64,000 bases of DNA from positions 22,134,001 through 22,198,000 of the forward strand of contig OZ059895.1 in assembly GCA_964057225.1 (NCBI GenBank), read 5' to 3'. This stretch comes from Auanema rhodensis. Taxonomy: Eukaryota; Animalia; Nematoda. A program made the translations under genes and the position numbers. Of this stretch, positions 44,301 to 57,869 are shown one piece after another; the first letter of the stretch is position 1, and each line of letters starts with the position of its first letter. The notes beneath the pieces are model-generated. The model did not search any database, was not told the origin of the DNA, and saw only the letters and a program-made list of their open reading frames with translations.

Positions 44301-47300
44301 CTTCACGTGAACGATAAAGGGATGCGGTTTTCAAAATTAGATTCCTCATGTCCATATTAGTCTAAAAACGAATTTTTATTGATATTGGTGCATGGTAACC
44401 ATGACTTTGAAATTTACGTGAACTTTAATTTATGCTAATTAAGTGTACACATGATGTGCACTTGGTATGTAACTCGCTTCACGTGAAAGATGAAGAGATG
44501 CGGTTTTCAAAATTAGATTCCTCATGTTCATATTAGTCTAAAAACGAATTTTTATCGATATTGGTGCATGGTAACCATGACTTTGAAATTTACGTGAACT
44601 TTAATTTATGCTTATTAAGTGTACACATGATGTGCACTTGGTATGTAACTCGCTTCACGTGAAAGATGAAGAGATGCGGTTTTCAAAATTAGATTCCTCA
44701 TGTCCATATTAGTCTAAAAACGAATTTTTATTGATATTGGTGCATGGTAACCATGACTTTGAAATTTACGTGAACTTTAATTTATGCTTATTAAGTGTAC
44801 ACGTGATGTGCACTTGGTATGTAACTCGCTTCACGTGAAAGATGAAGAGATGCGGTTTTCAAAATTAGATTCCTCATGTCCATATTAGTCTAAAAACGAA
44901 TTTTTATTGATATTGGTGCATGGTAACCATGACTTTGAAATTTACGTGAACTTTAATTTATGCTTATTAAGTGTACACGTGATGTGCACTTGGTATGTAA
45001 CTCGCTTCACGTGAAAGATAAAGGGATGCGGTTTTCAAAATTAGATTCCCCATGTCCATATTAGTCTAAAAACAAATTTTTATTGATATTGGTGCATGGT
45101 AACCATGACTTTGAAATTTACGTGAACTTTAATTTATGCTAATTAAGTGTACACATGATGTGCACTTGGTATGTAACTCGCTTCACGTGAAAGATGAAGA
45201 GATGCGGTTTTCAAAATTAGATTCCTCATGTCCATATTAGTCTAAAAACGAATTTTTATTGATATTGGTGCATGGTAACCATGACTTTGAAATTTACGTG
45301 AACTTTAATTTATGCTAATTAAGTGTACACATGATGTGCACTTGGTATGTAACTCGCTTCACGTGAAAGATGAAGAGATGCGGTTTTCAAAATTAGATTC
45401 CTCATGTTCATATTAGTCTAAAAACGAATTTTTATCGATATTGGTGCATGGTAACCATGACTTTGAAATTTACGTGAACTTTAATTTATGCTTATTAAGT
45501 GTACACGTGATGTGCACTTGGTATGTAACTCGCTTCACGTCAAAGATAAAGAGATGCGGTTTTCAAAATTAGATTCCCCATGTCCATATTAGTCTAAAAA
45601 CAAATTTTTATTGATATTGGTGCATGGTAACCATGACTTTGAAATTTACGTGAACTTTAATTTATGCTAATTAAGTGTACACATGATGTGCACTTGGTAT
45701 GTAACTCGCTTCACGTGAAAGATGAAGAGATGCGGTTTTCAAAATTAGATTCCTCATGTCCATATTAGTCTAAAAACGAATTTTTATCGATATTGGTGCA
45801 TGGTAACCATGACTTTGAAATTTACGTGAACTTTAATTTATGCTTATTAAGTGTACACGTGATGTGCACTTGGTATGTAACTCGCTTCACGTGAACGATA
45901 AAGGGATGCGGTTTTCAAAATTAGATTCCTCATGTCCATATTAGTCTAAAAACGAATTTTTATTGATATTGGTGCATGGTAACCATGACTTTGAAATTTA
46001 CGTGAACTTTAATTTATGCTAATTAAGTGTACACATGATGTGCACTTGGTATGTAACTCGCTTCACGTGAAAGATGAAGAGATGCGGTTTTCAAAATTAG
46101 ATTCCTCATGTTCATATTAGTCTAAAAACGAATTTTTATCGATATTGGTGCATGGTAACCATGACTTTGAAATTTACGTGAACTTTAATTTATGCTTATT
46201 AAGTGTACACATGATGTGCACTTGGTATGTAACTCGCTTCACGTGAAAGATGAAGAGATGCGGTTTTCAAAATTAGATTCCTCATGTCCATATTAGTCTA
46301 AAAACGAATTTTTATTGATATTGGTGCATGGTAACCATGACTTTGAAATTTACGTGAACTTTAATTTATGCTTATTAAGTGTACACGTGATGTGCACTTG
46401 GTATGTAACTCGCTTCACGTGAAAGATAAAGGGATGCGGTTTTCAAAATTAGATTCCCCATGTCCATATTAGTCTAAAAACAAATTTTTATTGATATTGG
46501 TGCATGGTAACCATGACTTTGAAATTTACGTGAACTTTAATTTATGCTAATTAAGTGTACACATGATGTGCACTTGGTATGTAACTCGCTTCACGTGAAA
46601 GATGAAGAGATGCGGTTTTCAAAATTAGATTCCTCATGTCCATATTAGTCTAAAAACGAATTTTTATCGATATTGGTGCATGGTAACCATGACTTTGAAA
46701 TTTACGTGAACTTTAATTTATGCTTATTAAGTGTACACGTGATGTGCACTTGGTATGTAACTCGCTTCACGTGAGAGATAAAGAGATGCGGTTTTCAAAA
46801 TTAGATTCCCCATGTCCATATTAGTCTAAAAACAAATTTTTTTTGATATTGGTGCATGGTAACCATGACTTTGAAATTTACGTGAACTTCAATTTATGCT
46901 AATTAAGTGTACACATGATGTGCACTTGGTATGTAACTCGCTTCACGTCAAAGATAAAGAGATGCGGTTTTCAAAATTAGATTCCCCATGTCCATATTAG
47001 TCTAAAAACAAATTTTTATTAATATTGGTGCATGGTAACCATGACTTTGAAATTTACGTGAACTTTAATTTATGCTAATTAAATGTACACCTGATGTGCA
47101 CTTGGTATGTAACTCGCTTCACGTGAAAGATAAAGAGATGCGGTTTTCAAAATTAGATTCCCCATTTCCATATTAGACTAAAAACGAATTTTTATTGATA
47201 TTGGTGCATGGTAACCATGACTTTGAAATTTACGTGAACTTTAATTTATGCTTATTAAGTGTACACGTGATGTGCACTTGGTATGTAACTCGCTTCACGT

Positions 47301-49455
47301 GAAAGATAAAGAGATGCGGTTTTCAAAATTAGATTCCTCATGTCCATATTAGTCTAAAAACGAATTTTTATTGATATTGGTGCATGGTAACCATGACTTT
47401 GAAATTTACGTGAACTTTAATTTATGCTAATTAAGTGTACACATGATGTGCACTTGGTATGTAACTCGCTTCACGTGAAAGATGAAGAGATGCGGTTTTC
47501 AAAATTAGATTCCCCATTTCCATATTAGACTAAAAACGAATTTTTATTGATATTGGTGCATGGTAACAATGACTTTGAAATTTACGTGAACTTTAATTTA
47601 TGCTAATTAAGTGTACACATGATGTGCACTTGGTATGTAACTCGCTTCACGTCAAAGATAAAGAGATGCGGTTTTCAAAATTAGATTCCTCATGTCCATA
47701 TTAGACTAAAAACGAATTTTTATTGATATTGGTGCATGGTAACAATGACTTTGAAATTTACGTGAACTTTAATTTATGCTAATTAAGTGTACACATGATG
47801 TGCACTTGGTATGTAACTCGCTTCACGTCAAAGATAAAGAGATGCGGTTTTCAAAATTAGATTCCTCATGTCCATATTAGTCTAAAAACGAATTTTTATT
47901 GATATTGGTGCATGGTAACCATGACTTTGAAATTTACGTGAACTTTAATTTATGCTAATTAAGTGTACACATGATGTGCACTTGGTATGTAACTCGCTTC
48001 ACGTGAAAGATGAAGAGATGCGGTTTTTAAAATTAGATTCCTCATGTCCATATTAGTCTAAAAACCAATTTTTATCGATATTGGTGCATGGTAACCATTA
48101 CTTTGAAATTTACGTGAACTTTAATTTATGCTAATTAAGTGTACACCTGATGTGCACTTGGTATGTAACTCGCTTCACGTGAAAGATAAAGAGATGTGGT
48201 TTTCAAAATTAGATTCCCCATTTCCATATTAGTCTAAAAACGAATTTTTATTGATATTGGTGCATGGTAACCATGACTTTGAAATTTACGTGAACTTTAA
48301 TTTATGCTTATTAAGTGTACACGTGATGTGCACTTGGTATGTAACTCGCTTCACGTGAAAGATAAAGAGATGCGGTTTTCAAACTTAGATTCCCCATGTC
48401 CATATTAGTCTAAAAACAAATTTTTATTAATATTGGTGCATGGTAACCATGACTTTGAAATTTACGTGAACTTTAATTTATGCTAATTAAGTGTACACAT
48501 GATGTGCACTTGGTATGTAACTCGCTTCACGTCAAAGATAAAGAGATGCGGTTTTCAAAATTAGATTCCCCATGTCCATATTAGTCTAAAAACAAATTTT
48601 TATTAATATTGGTGCATGGTAACCATGACTTTGAAATTTACGTGAACTTTAATTTATGCTAATTAAGTGTACACATGATGTGCACTTGGTATGTAACTCG
48701 CTTCACGTCAAAGATAAAGAGATGCGGTTTTCAAAATTAGATTCCCCATGTCCATATTAGTCTAAAAACAAATTTTTATTAATATTGGTACATGGTAACC
48801 ATGACTTTGAAATTTACGTGAACTTTAATTTATGCTAATTAAGTGTACACATGATGTGCACTTGGTATGTAACTGGCTTCACGTGAAAGATGAAGAGATG
48901 CGGTTTTCAAAATTAGATTCCTCATGTCCATATTAGTCTAAAAACGAATTTTTATTGATATTGGTGCATGGTAACCATGACTTTGAAATTTACGTGAACT
49001 TTAATTTATGCTTATTAAGTGTACACGTGATGTGCACTTGGTATGTAACTTGCTTCACGTGAAAGATAAAGGGATGCGGTTTTCAAAATTAGATTCCCCA
49101 TGTCCATATTAGTCTAAAAACAAATTTTTATTGATATTGGTGCATGGTAACCATGACTTTGAAATTTACGTGAACTTTAATTTATGCTAATTAAGTGTAC
49201 ACATGATGTGCACTTGGTATGTAACTCGCTTCACGTGAAAGATGAAGAGATGCGGTTTTCAAAATTAGATTCCCCATTTCCTTATTAGTCTAAAAACAAA
49301 TTTTTATTGATATTGGTGCATGGTAACCATGACTTTGAAATTTACGTGAACTTTAATTTATGCTTATTAAGTGTACACGTGATGTGCACTTGGTATGTAA
49401 CTCGCTTCACGTGAAAGATGAAGAGATTCGCTTTTCGAAATTAGATTCCCCATGT

Positions 49456-52400
49456 CCATATTAGTCTAAAAACACATTTTTGTTGATATAGGTGGATGGT
49501 AACCATGACTTTGAAATTTACGTGAACTTCAATTTATGCTAATTAAGTGTACACATGATGTGCACTTGGTATGTAACTCGCTTCAAGTCAAAGATAAAGA
49601 GATGCGGTTTTCAAAATCAGATTCCCTATGTCCATATTAGTCTAAAAACAAATTTTTATTAATATTGGTGAATGGTAACCATGACTTTGAAATTTACGTG
49701 AACTTTAATTTATGCTAATTAAGTGTACACATGATGTGCACTTGGTATGTAACTCGCTTCACGTGAAAGATAAAGAGATGCGGTTTTCAAAATAGATTCC
49801 CCATTTCCATATTAGTCTAAAAACAAATTTTTATTGATATTGGTACATGGCAACCATGACTTTAAAAATTACGTGAACTTAAATTTATGCTAATTAAGTG
49901 TACACATGATGTGCACTTGGTATGTAACTCGCTTCACGTCAAAGATAAAGAGATGCGGTTTTCAAAATTAGATTCCCCATTTCCATGTTAGTCTAAAAAC
50001 AAATTTTTATTGATATTGGTGCATGGCAACCATGACTTTAAAATTTACGTGAACTTTAATTTATGCTTATTAAGTGTACACGTGATGTGCACTTGGTATG
50101 TAACTCGCTTCACGTGAAAGATGAAGAGATGCGGTTTTCAAAATTAGATTCCCCATTTTCATATTAGTCTAAAAACAAATTTTTATTGATATTGGTGCAT
50201 GGCAACCTTGACTTTAAAATTTACGTGAACTTTAATTTATGCTTATTAAGTGTACACGTGATGTGCACTTGGTATGTAACTCGCTTCACGTGAAAGTTAA
50301 AGAGATGCGGTTTTCAAAATTAGATTCCTCATGTCCATATTAGTCTAAAAACGAATTTTTATTGATATTGGTGCATGGTAACCATGACTTTGAAATTTAC
50401 GTGAACTTTAATTTATGCTAATTGAATGTACACGTGATGTGCACTTGGTATGTAAGTCGCTTCACGTAAAAGATAAAGAGATGCGGTTTTCAAAATTAGA
50501 TTCCCCATGTCCATATTAGTCTAAAAACAAATTTTTATTGATATTGGTGCATGGTAACCATGACTTTGAAATTTACGTGAACTTTAATTTATGCTAATTG
50601 AATGTACACGTGATGTGCACTTGGTATGTAACTCGCTTCACGTGAAAGATGAAGAGATGCGGTTTTCAAAATTAGATTCCCCATGTCCATATTAGTCTAA
50701 AAACAAATTTTTATTAATATTGGTGCATGGTAACCATGACTTTGAAATTTACGTGAACTTTAATTTATGCTAATTAAGTGTACACATGATATGCACTTGG
50801 TATGTAACTCGCTTCACGTGAAAGATGAAGAGATGCGGTTTCCAAAATTAGATTCCCCATTTTCATATTAGTCTAAAAACAAATTTTTATTGATATTGGT
50901 GCATGGTAACCATGACTTTGAAATTTACGTGAACTTTAATTTATGCTTATTAAGTGTACACGTGATGTGCTCTTGGTATGTAACTCGCTTCACGTGAAAG
51001 ATGAAGAGATGCGCTTTTCGAAATTAGATTCCGCATGTCCATATTAGTCTAAAAACACATTTTTGTTGATATAGGTGGATGGTAACCATGACTTTGAAAT
51101 TTACGTGAACTTCAATTTATGCTAATTAAGTGTACACATGATGTGCACTTGGTATGTAACTCGCTTCAAGTCAAAGATAAAGAGATGCGGTTTTCAAAAT
51201 CAGATTCCCTATGTCCATATTAGTCTAAAAACAAATTTTTATTAATATTGGTGAATGGTAACCATGACTTTGAAATTTACGTGAACTTCAATTTATGCTA
51301 ATTAAGTGTACACATGATGTGCACTTGGTATGTAACTCGTTTCACGTGAAAGATAAAGAGATGCGGTTTTCAAAATAGATTCCCCATTTCCATATCAGTC
51401 TAAAAACAAATTTTTATTGATATTGGTGCATGGCAACCATGACTTTAAAATTTACGTGAACTTTAATTTATGCTTATTAAGTGTACACGTGATGTGCACT
51501 TGGTATGTAACTCGCTTCACGTGAAAGATGAAGAGATGCGGTTTTCAAAATTAGATTCCCCATGTCCATATTAGTCTAAAAACAAATTTTTATTAATATT
51601 GGTGCATGGTAACCATGACTTTGAAATTTACGTGAACTTTAATTTATGCTAATTAAGTGTACACATGATATGCACTTGGTATGTAACTCGCTTCACGTGA
51701 AAGATAAAGAGATGCGGTTTTCAAAATAGATTCCCCATTTCCATATTAGTCTAAAAACAAATTTTTATTGATATTGGTGCATGGCAACCATGACTTTAAA
51801 ATTTACGTGAACTTTAATTTATGCTTATTAAGTGTACACGTGATGTGCACTTGGTATGTAACTCGCTTCACGTGAAAGATAAAGAGATGCGGTTTTCAAA
51901 ATTAGATTCCTCATGTCCATATTAGTCTAAAAACGAATTTTTATTGATATTGGTGCATGGTAACCATGACTTTGAAATTTACGTGAACTTTAATTTATGC
52001 TAATTGAATGTACACGTGATGTGCACTTGGTATGTAAGTCGCTTCACGTAAAAGATAAAGAGATGCGCTTTTCGAAATTAGAATCCGCATGTCCATATTA
52101 GTCTAAAAACACATTTTTGTTGATATAGGTGGATGGTAACCATGACTTTGAAATTTACGTGAACTTCAATTTATGCTAATTAAGTGTACACATGATGTGC
52201 ACTTGGTATGTAACTCGCTTCAAGTCAAAGATAAAGAGATGCGGTTTTCAAAATCAGATTCCCTATGTCCATATTAGTCTAAAAACAAATTTTTATTAAT
52301 ATTGGTGAATGGTAACCATGACTTTGAAATTTACGTGAACTTCAATTTATGCTAATTAAGTGTACACATGATGTGCACTTGGTATGTAACTCGTTTCACG

Positions 52401-55400
52401 TGAAAGATAAAGAGATGCGGTTTTCAAAATAGATTCCCCATTTCCATATCAGTCTAAAAACAAATTTTTATTGATATTGGTGCATGGCAACCATGACTTT
52501 AAAATTTACGTGAACTTTAATTTATGCTTATTAAGTGTACACGTGATGTGCACTTGGTATGTAACTCGCTTCACGTGAAAGATGAAGAGATGCGGTTTTC
52601 AAAATTAGATTCCCCATGTCCATATTAGTCTAAAAACAAATTTTTATTAATATTGGTGCATGGTAACCATGACTTTGAAATTTACGTGAACTTTAATTTA
52701 TGCTAATTAAGTGTACACATGATATGCACTTGGTATGTAACTCGCTTCACGTGAAAGATAAAGAGATGCGGTTTTCAAAATTAGATTCCTCATGTCCATA
52801 TTAGTCTAAAAACGAATTTTTATTGATATTGGTGCATGGTAACCATGACTTTGAAATTTACGTGAACTTTAATTTATGCTAATTGAATGTACACGTGATG
52901 TGCACTTGGTATGTAAGTCGCTTCACGTAAAAGATAAAGAGATGCGGTTTTCAAAATTAGATTCCCCATGTCCATATTAGTCTAAAAACAAATTTTTATT
53001 GATATTGGTGCATGGTAACCATGACTTTGAAATTTACGTGAACTTTAATTTATGCTAATTGAATGTACACGTGATGTGCACTTGGTATGTAACTCGCTTC
53101 ACGTCAAAGATAAAGAGATGCGGTTTTCAAAATTAGATTCCCCATGTCCATATTAGTCTAAAAACAAATTTTTATTAATATTGGTGCATGGTAACCATGA
53201 CTTTGAAATTTACGTGAACTTTAATTTATGCTAATTAAGTGTACACATGATATGCACTTGGTATGTAACTCGCTTCACGTGAAAGATGAAGAGATGCGGT
53301 TTTCAAAATTAGATTCCCCATTTTCATATTAGTCTAAAAACAAATTTTTATTGATATTGGTGCATGGTAACCATGACTTTGAAATTTACGTGAACTTTAA
53401 TTTATGCTTATTAAGTGTACACGTGATGTGCACTTGGTATGTAACTCGCTTCACGTGAAAGATGAAGAGATGCGCTTTTCGAAATTAGATTCCCCATGGC
53501 CATATTAGTCTAAAAACACATTTTTGTTGATATAGGTGGATGGTAACCATGACTTTGAAATTTACGTGAACTTCAATTTATGCTAATTAAGTGTACACAT
53601 GATGTGCACTTGGTATGTAACTCGCTTCAAGTCAAAGATAAAGAGATGCGGTTTTCAAAATCAGATTCCCTATGTCCATATTAGTCTAAAAACAAATTTT
53701 TATTAATATTGGTGAATGGTAACCATGACTTTGAAATTTACGTGAACTTTAATTTATGCTAATTAAGTGTACACATGATGTGCACTTGGTATGTAACTCG
53801 CTTCACGTGAAAGATAAAGAGATGCGGTTTTCAAAATAGATTCCCCATTTCCATATTAGTCTAAAAACAAATTTTTATTGATATTGGTACATGGCAACCA
53901 TGACTTTAAAAATTACGTGAACTTAAATTTATGCTAATTAAGTGTACACATGATGTGCACTTGGTATGTAACTCGCTTCACGTCAAAGATAAAGAGATGC
54001 GGTTTTCAAAATTAGATTCCCCATTTCCATGTTAGTCTAAAAACAAATTTTTATTGATATTGGTGCATGGCAACCATGACTTTAAAATTTACGTGAACTT
54101 TAATTTATGCTTATTAAGTGTACACGTGATGTGCACTTGGTATGTAACTCGCTTCACGTGAAAGATGAAGAGATGCGGTTTTCAAAATTAGATTCCCCAT
54201 TTTCATATTAGTCTAAAAACAAATTTTTATTGATATTGGTGCATGGCAACCTTGACTTTAAAATTTACGTGAACTTTAATTTATGCTTATTAAGTGTACA
54301 CGTGATGTGCACTTGGTATGTAACTCGCTTCACGTGAAAGTTAAAGAGATGCGGTTTTCAAAATTAGATTCCTCATGTCCATATTAGTCTAAAAACGAAT
54401 TTTTATTGATATTGGTGCATGGTAACCATGACTTTGAAATTTACGTGAACTTTAATTTATGCTAATTGAATGTACACGTGATGTGCACTTGGTATGTAAG
54501 TCGCTTCACGTAAAAGATAAAGAGATGCGGTTTTCAAAATTAGATTCCCCATGTCCATATTAGTCTAAAAACAAATTTTTATTGATATTGGTGCATGGTA
54601 ACCATGACTTTGAAATTTACGTGAACTTTAATTTATGCTAATTGAATGTACACGTGATGTGCACTTGGTATGTAACTCGCTTCACGTGAAAGATGAAGAG
54701 ATGCGGTTTTCAAAATTAGATTCCCCATGTCCATATTAGTCTAAAAACAAATTTTTATTAATATTGGTGCATGGTAACCATGACTTTGAAATTTACGTGA
54801 ACTTTAATTTATGCTAATTAAGTGTACACATGATATGCACTTGGTATGTAACTCGCTTCACGTGAAAGATGAAGAGATGCGGTTTCCAAAATTAGATTCC
54901 CCATTTTCATATTAGTCTAAAAACAAATTTTTATTGATATTGGTGCATGGTAACCATGACTTTGAAATTTACGTGAACTTTAATTTATGCTTATTAAGTG
55001 TACACGTGATGTGCTCTTGGTATGTAACTCGCTTCACGTGAAAGATGAAGAGATGCGCTTTTCGAAATTAGATTCCGCATGTCCATATTAGTCTAAAAAC
55101 ACATTTTTGTTGATATAGGTGGATGGTAACCATGACTTTGAAATTTACGTGAACTTCAATTTATGCTAATTAAGTGTACACATGATGTGCACTTGGTATG
55201 TAACTCGCTTCAAGTCAAAGATAAAGAGATGCGGTTTTCAAAATCAGATTCCCTATGTCCATATTAGTCTAAAAACAAATTTTTATTAATATTGGTGAAT
55301 GGTAACCATGACTTTGAAATTTACGTGAACTTCAATTTATGCTAATTAAGTGTACACATGATGTGCACTTGGTATGTAACTCGTTTCACGTGAAAGATAA

Positions 55401-57869
55401 AGAGATGCGGTTTTCAAAATAGATTCCCCATTTCCATATCAGTCTAAAAACAAATTTTTATTGATATTGGTGCATGGCAACCATGACTTTAAAATTTACG
55501 TGAACTTTAATTTATGCTTATTAAGTGTACACGTGATGTGCACTTGGTATGTAACTCGCTTCACGTGAAAGATGAAGAGATGCGGTTTTCAAAATTAGAT
55601 TCCCCATGTCCATATTAGTCTAAAAACAAATTTTTATTAATATTGGTGCATGGTAACCATGACTTTGAAATTTACGTGAACTTTAATTTATGCTAATTAA
55701 GTGTACACATGATATGCACTTGGTATGTAACTCGCTTCACGTGAAAGATAAAGAGATGCGGTTTTCAAAATAGATTCCCCATTTCCATATTAGTCTAAAA
55801 ACAAATTTTTATTGATATTGGTGCATGGCAACCATGACTTTAAAATTTACGTGAACTTTAATTTATGCTTATTAAGTGTACACGTGATGTGCACTTGGTA
55901 TGTAACTCGCTTCACGTGAAAGATAAAGAGATGCGGTTTTCAAAATTAGATTCCTCATGTCCATATTAGTCTAAAAACGAATTTTTATTGATATTGGTGC
56001 ATGGTAACCATGACTTTGAAATTTACGTGAACTTTAATTTATGCTAATTGAATGTACACGTGATGTGCACTTGGTATGTAAGTCGCTTCACGTAAAAGAT
56101 AAAGAGATGCGCTTTTCGAAATTAGAATCCGCATGTCCATATTAGTCTAAAAACACATTTTTGTTGATATAGGTGGATGGTAACCATGACTTTGAAATTT
56201 ACGTGAACTTCAATTTATGCTAATTAAGTGTACACATGATGTGCACTTGGTATGTAACTCGCTTCAAGTCAAAGATAAAGAGATGCGGTTTTCAAAATCA
56301 GATTCCCTATGTCCATATTAGTCTAAAAACAAATTTTTATTAATATTGGTGAATGGTAACCATGACTTTGAAATTTACGTGAACTTCAATTTATGCTAAT
56401 TAAGTGTACACATGATGTGCACTTGGTATGTAACTCGTTTCACGTGAAAGATAAAGAGATGCGGTTTTCAAAATAGATTCCCCATTTCCATATCAGTCTA
56501 AAAACAAATTTTTATTGATATTGGTGCATGGCAACCATGACTTTAAAATTTACGTGAACTTTAATTTATGCTTATTAAGTGTACACGTGATGTGCACTTG
56601 GTATGTAACTCGCTTCACGTGAAAGATGAAGAGATGCGGTTTTCAAAATTAGATTCCCCATGTCCATATTAGTCTAAAAACAAATTTTTATTAATATTGG
56701 TGCATGGTAACCATGACTTTGAAATTTACGTGAACTTTAATTTATGCTAATTAAGTGTACACATGATATGCACTTGGTATGTAACTCGCTTCACGTGAAA
56801 GATAAAGAGATGCGGTTTTCAAAATTAGATTCCTCATGTCCATATTAGTCTAAAAACGAATTTTTATTGATATTGGTGCATGGTAACCATGACTTTGAAA
56901 TTTACGTGAACTTTAATTTATGCTAATTGAATGTACACGTGATGTGCACTTGGTATGTAAGTCGCTTCACGTAAAAGATAAAGAGATGCGGTTTTCAAAA
57001 TTAGATTCCCCATGTCCATATTAGTCTAAAAACAAATTTTTATTGATATTGGTGCATGGTAACCATGACTTTGAAATTTACGTGAACTTTAATTTATGCT
57101 AATTGAATGTACACGTGATGTGCACTTGGTATGTAACTCGCTTCACGTCAAAGATAAAGAGATGCGGTTTTCAAAATTAGATTCCCCATGTCCATATTAG
57201 TCTAAAAACAAATTTTTATTAATATTGGTGCATGGTAACCATGACTTTGAAATTTACGTGAACTTTAATTTATGCTAATTAAGTGTACACATGATATGCA
57301 CTTGGTATGTAACTCGCTTCACGTGAAAGATGAAGAGATGCGGTTTTCAAAATTAGATTCCCCATTTTCATATTAGTCTAAAAACAAATTTTTATTGATA
57401 TTGGTGCATGGTAACCATGACTTTGAAATTTACGTGAACTTTAATTTATGCTTATTAAGTGTACACGTGATGTGCACTTGGTATGTAACTCGCTTCACGT
57501 GAAAGATGAAGAGATGCGCTTTTCGAAATTAGATTCCCCATGGCCATATTAGTCTAAAAACACATTTTTGTTGATATAGGTGGATGGTAACCATGACTTT
57601 GAAATTTACGTGAACTTCAATTTATGCTAATTAAGTGTACACATGATGTGCACTTGGTATGTAACTCGCTTCAAGTCAAAGATAAAGAGATGCGGTTTTC
57701 AAAATCAGATTCCCTATGTCCATATTAGTCTAAAAACAAATTTTTATTAATATTGGTGAATGGTAACCATGACTTTGAAATTTACGTGAACTTTAATTTA
57801 TGCTAATTAAGTGTACACATGATGTGCACTTGGTATGTAACTCGCTTCACGTGAAAGATAAAGAGATGC
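49456..57869 (+). repeat. Tandem 23-monomer duplication (4044 bp unit = 23x176 minus four 1-bp deletions)
   Basis: Paired rare variants at +4044: GGTACA 49845/53889, GAATCCGCAT 52081/56125, CATGGC 53499/57543. Each unit has four CAAAATAGA deletion monomers. Confidence 0.93.

Noticed and set aside
49425-49455. CENP-B box at the TTTTCGAAA variant
   Set aside because: TTCG is present, but the required downstream A..CGGG of TTCGNNNNANNCGGG is not, on either strand.
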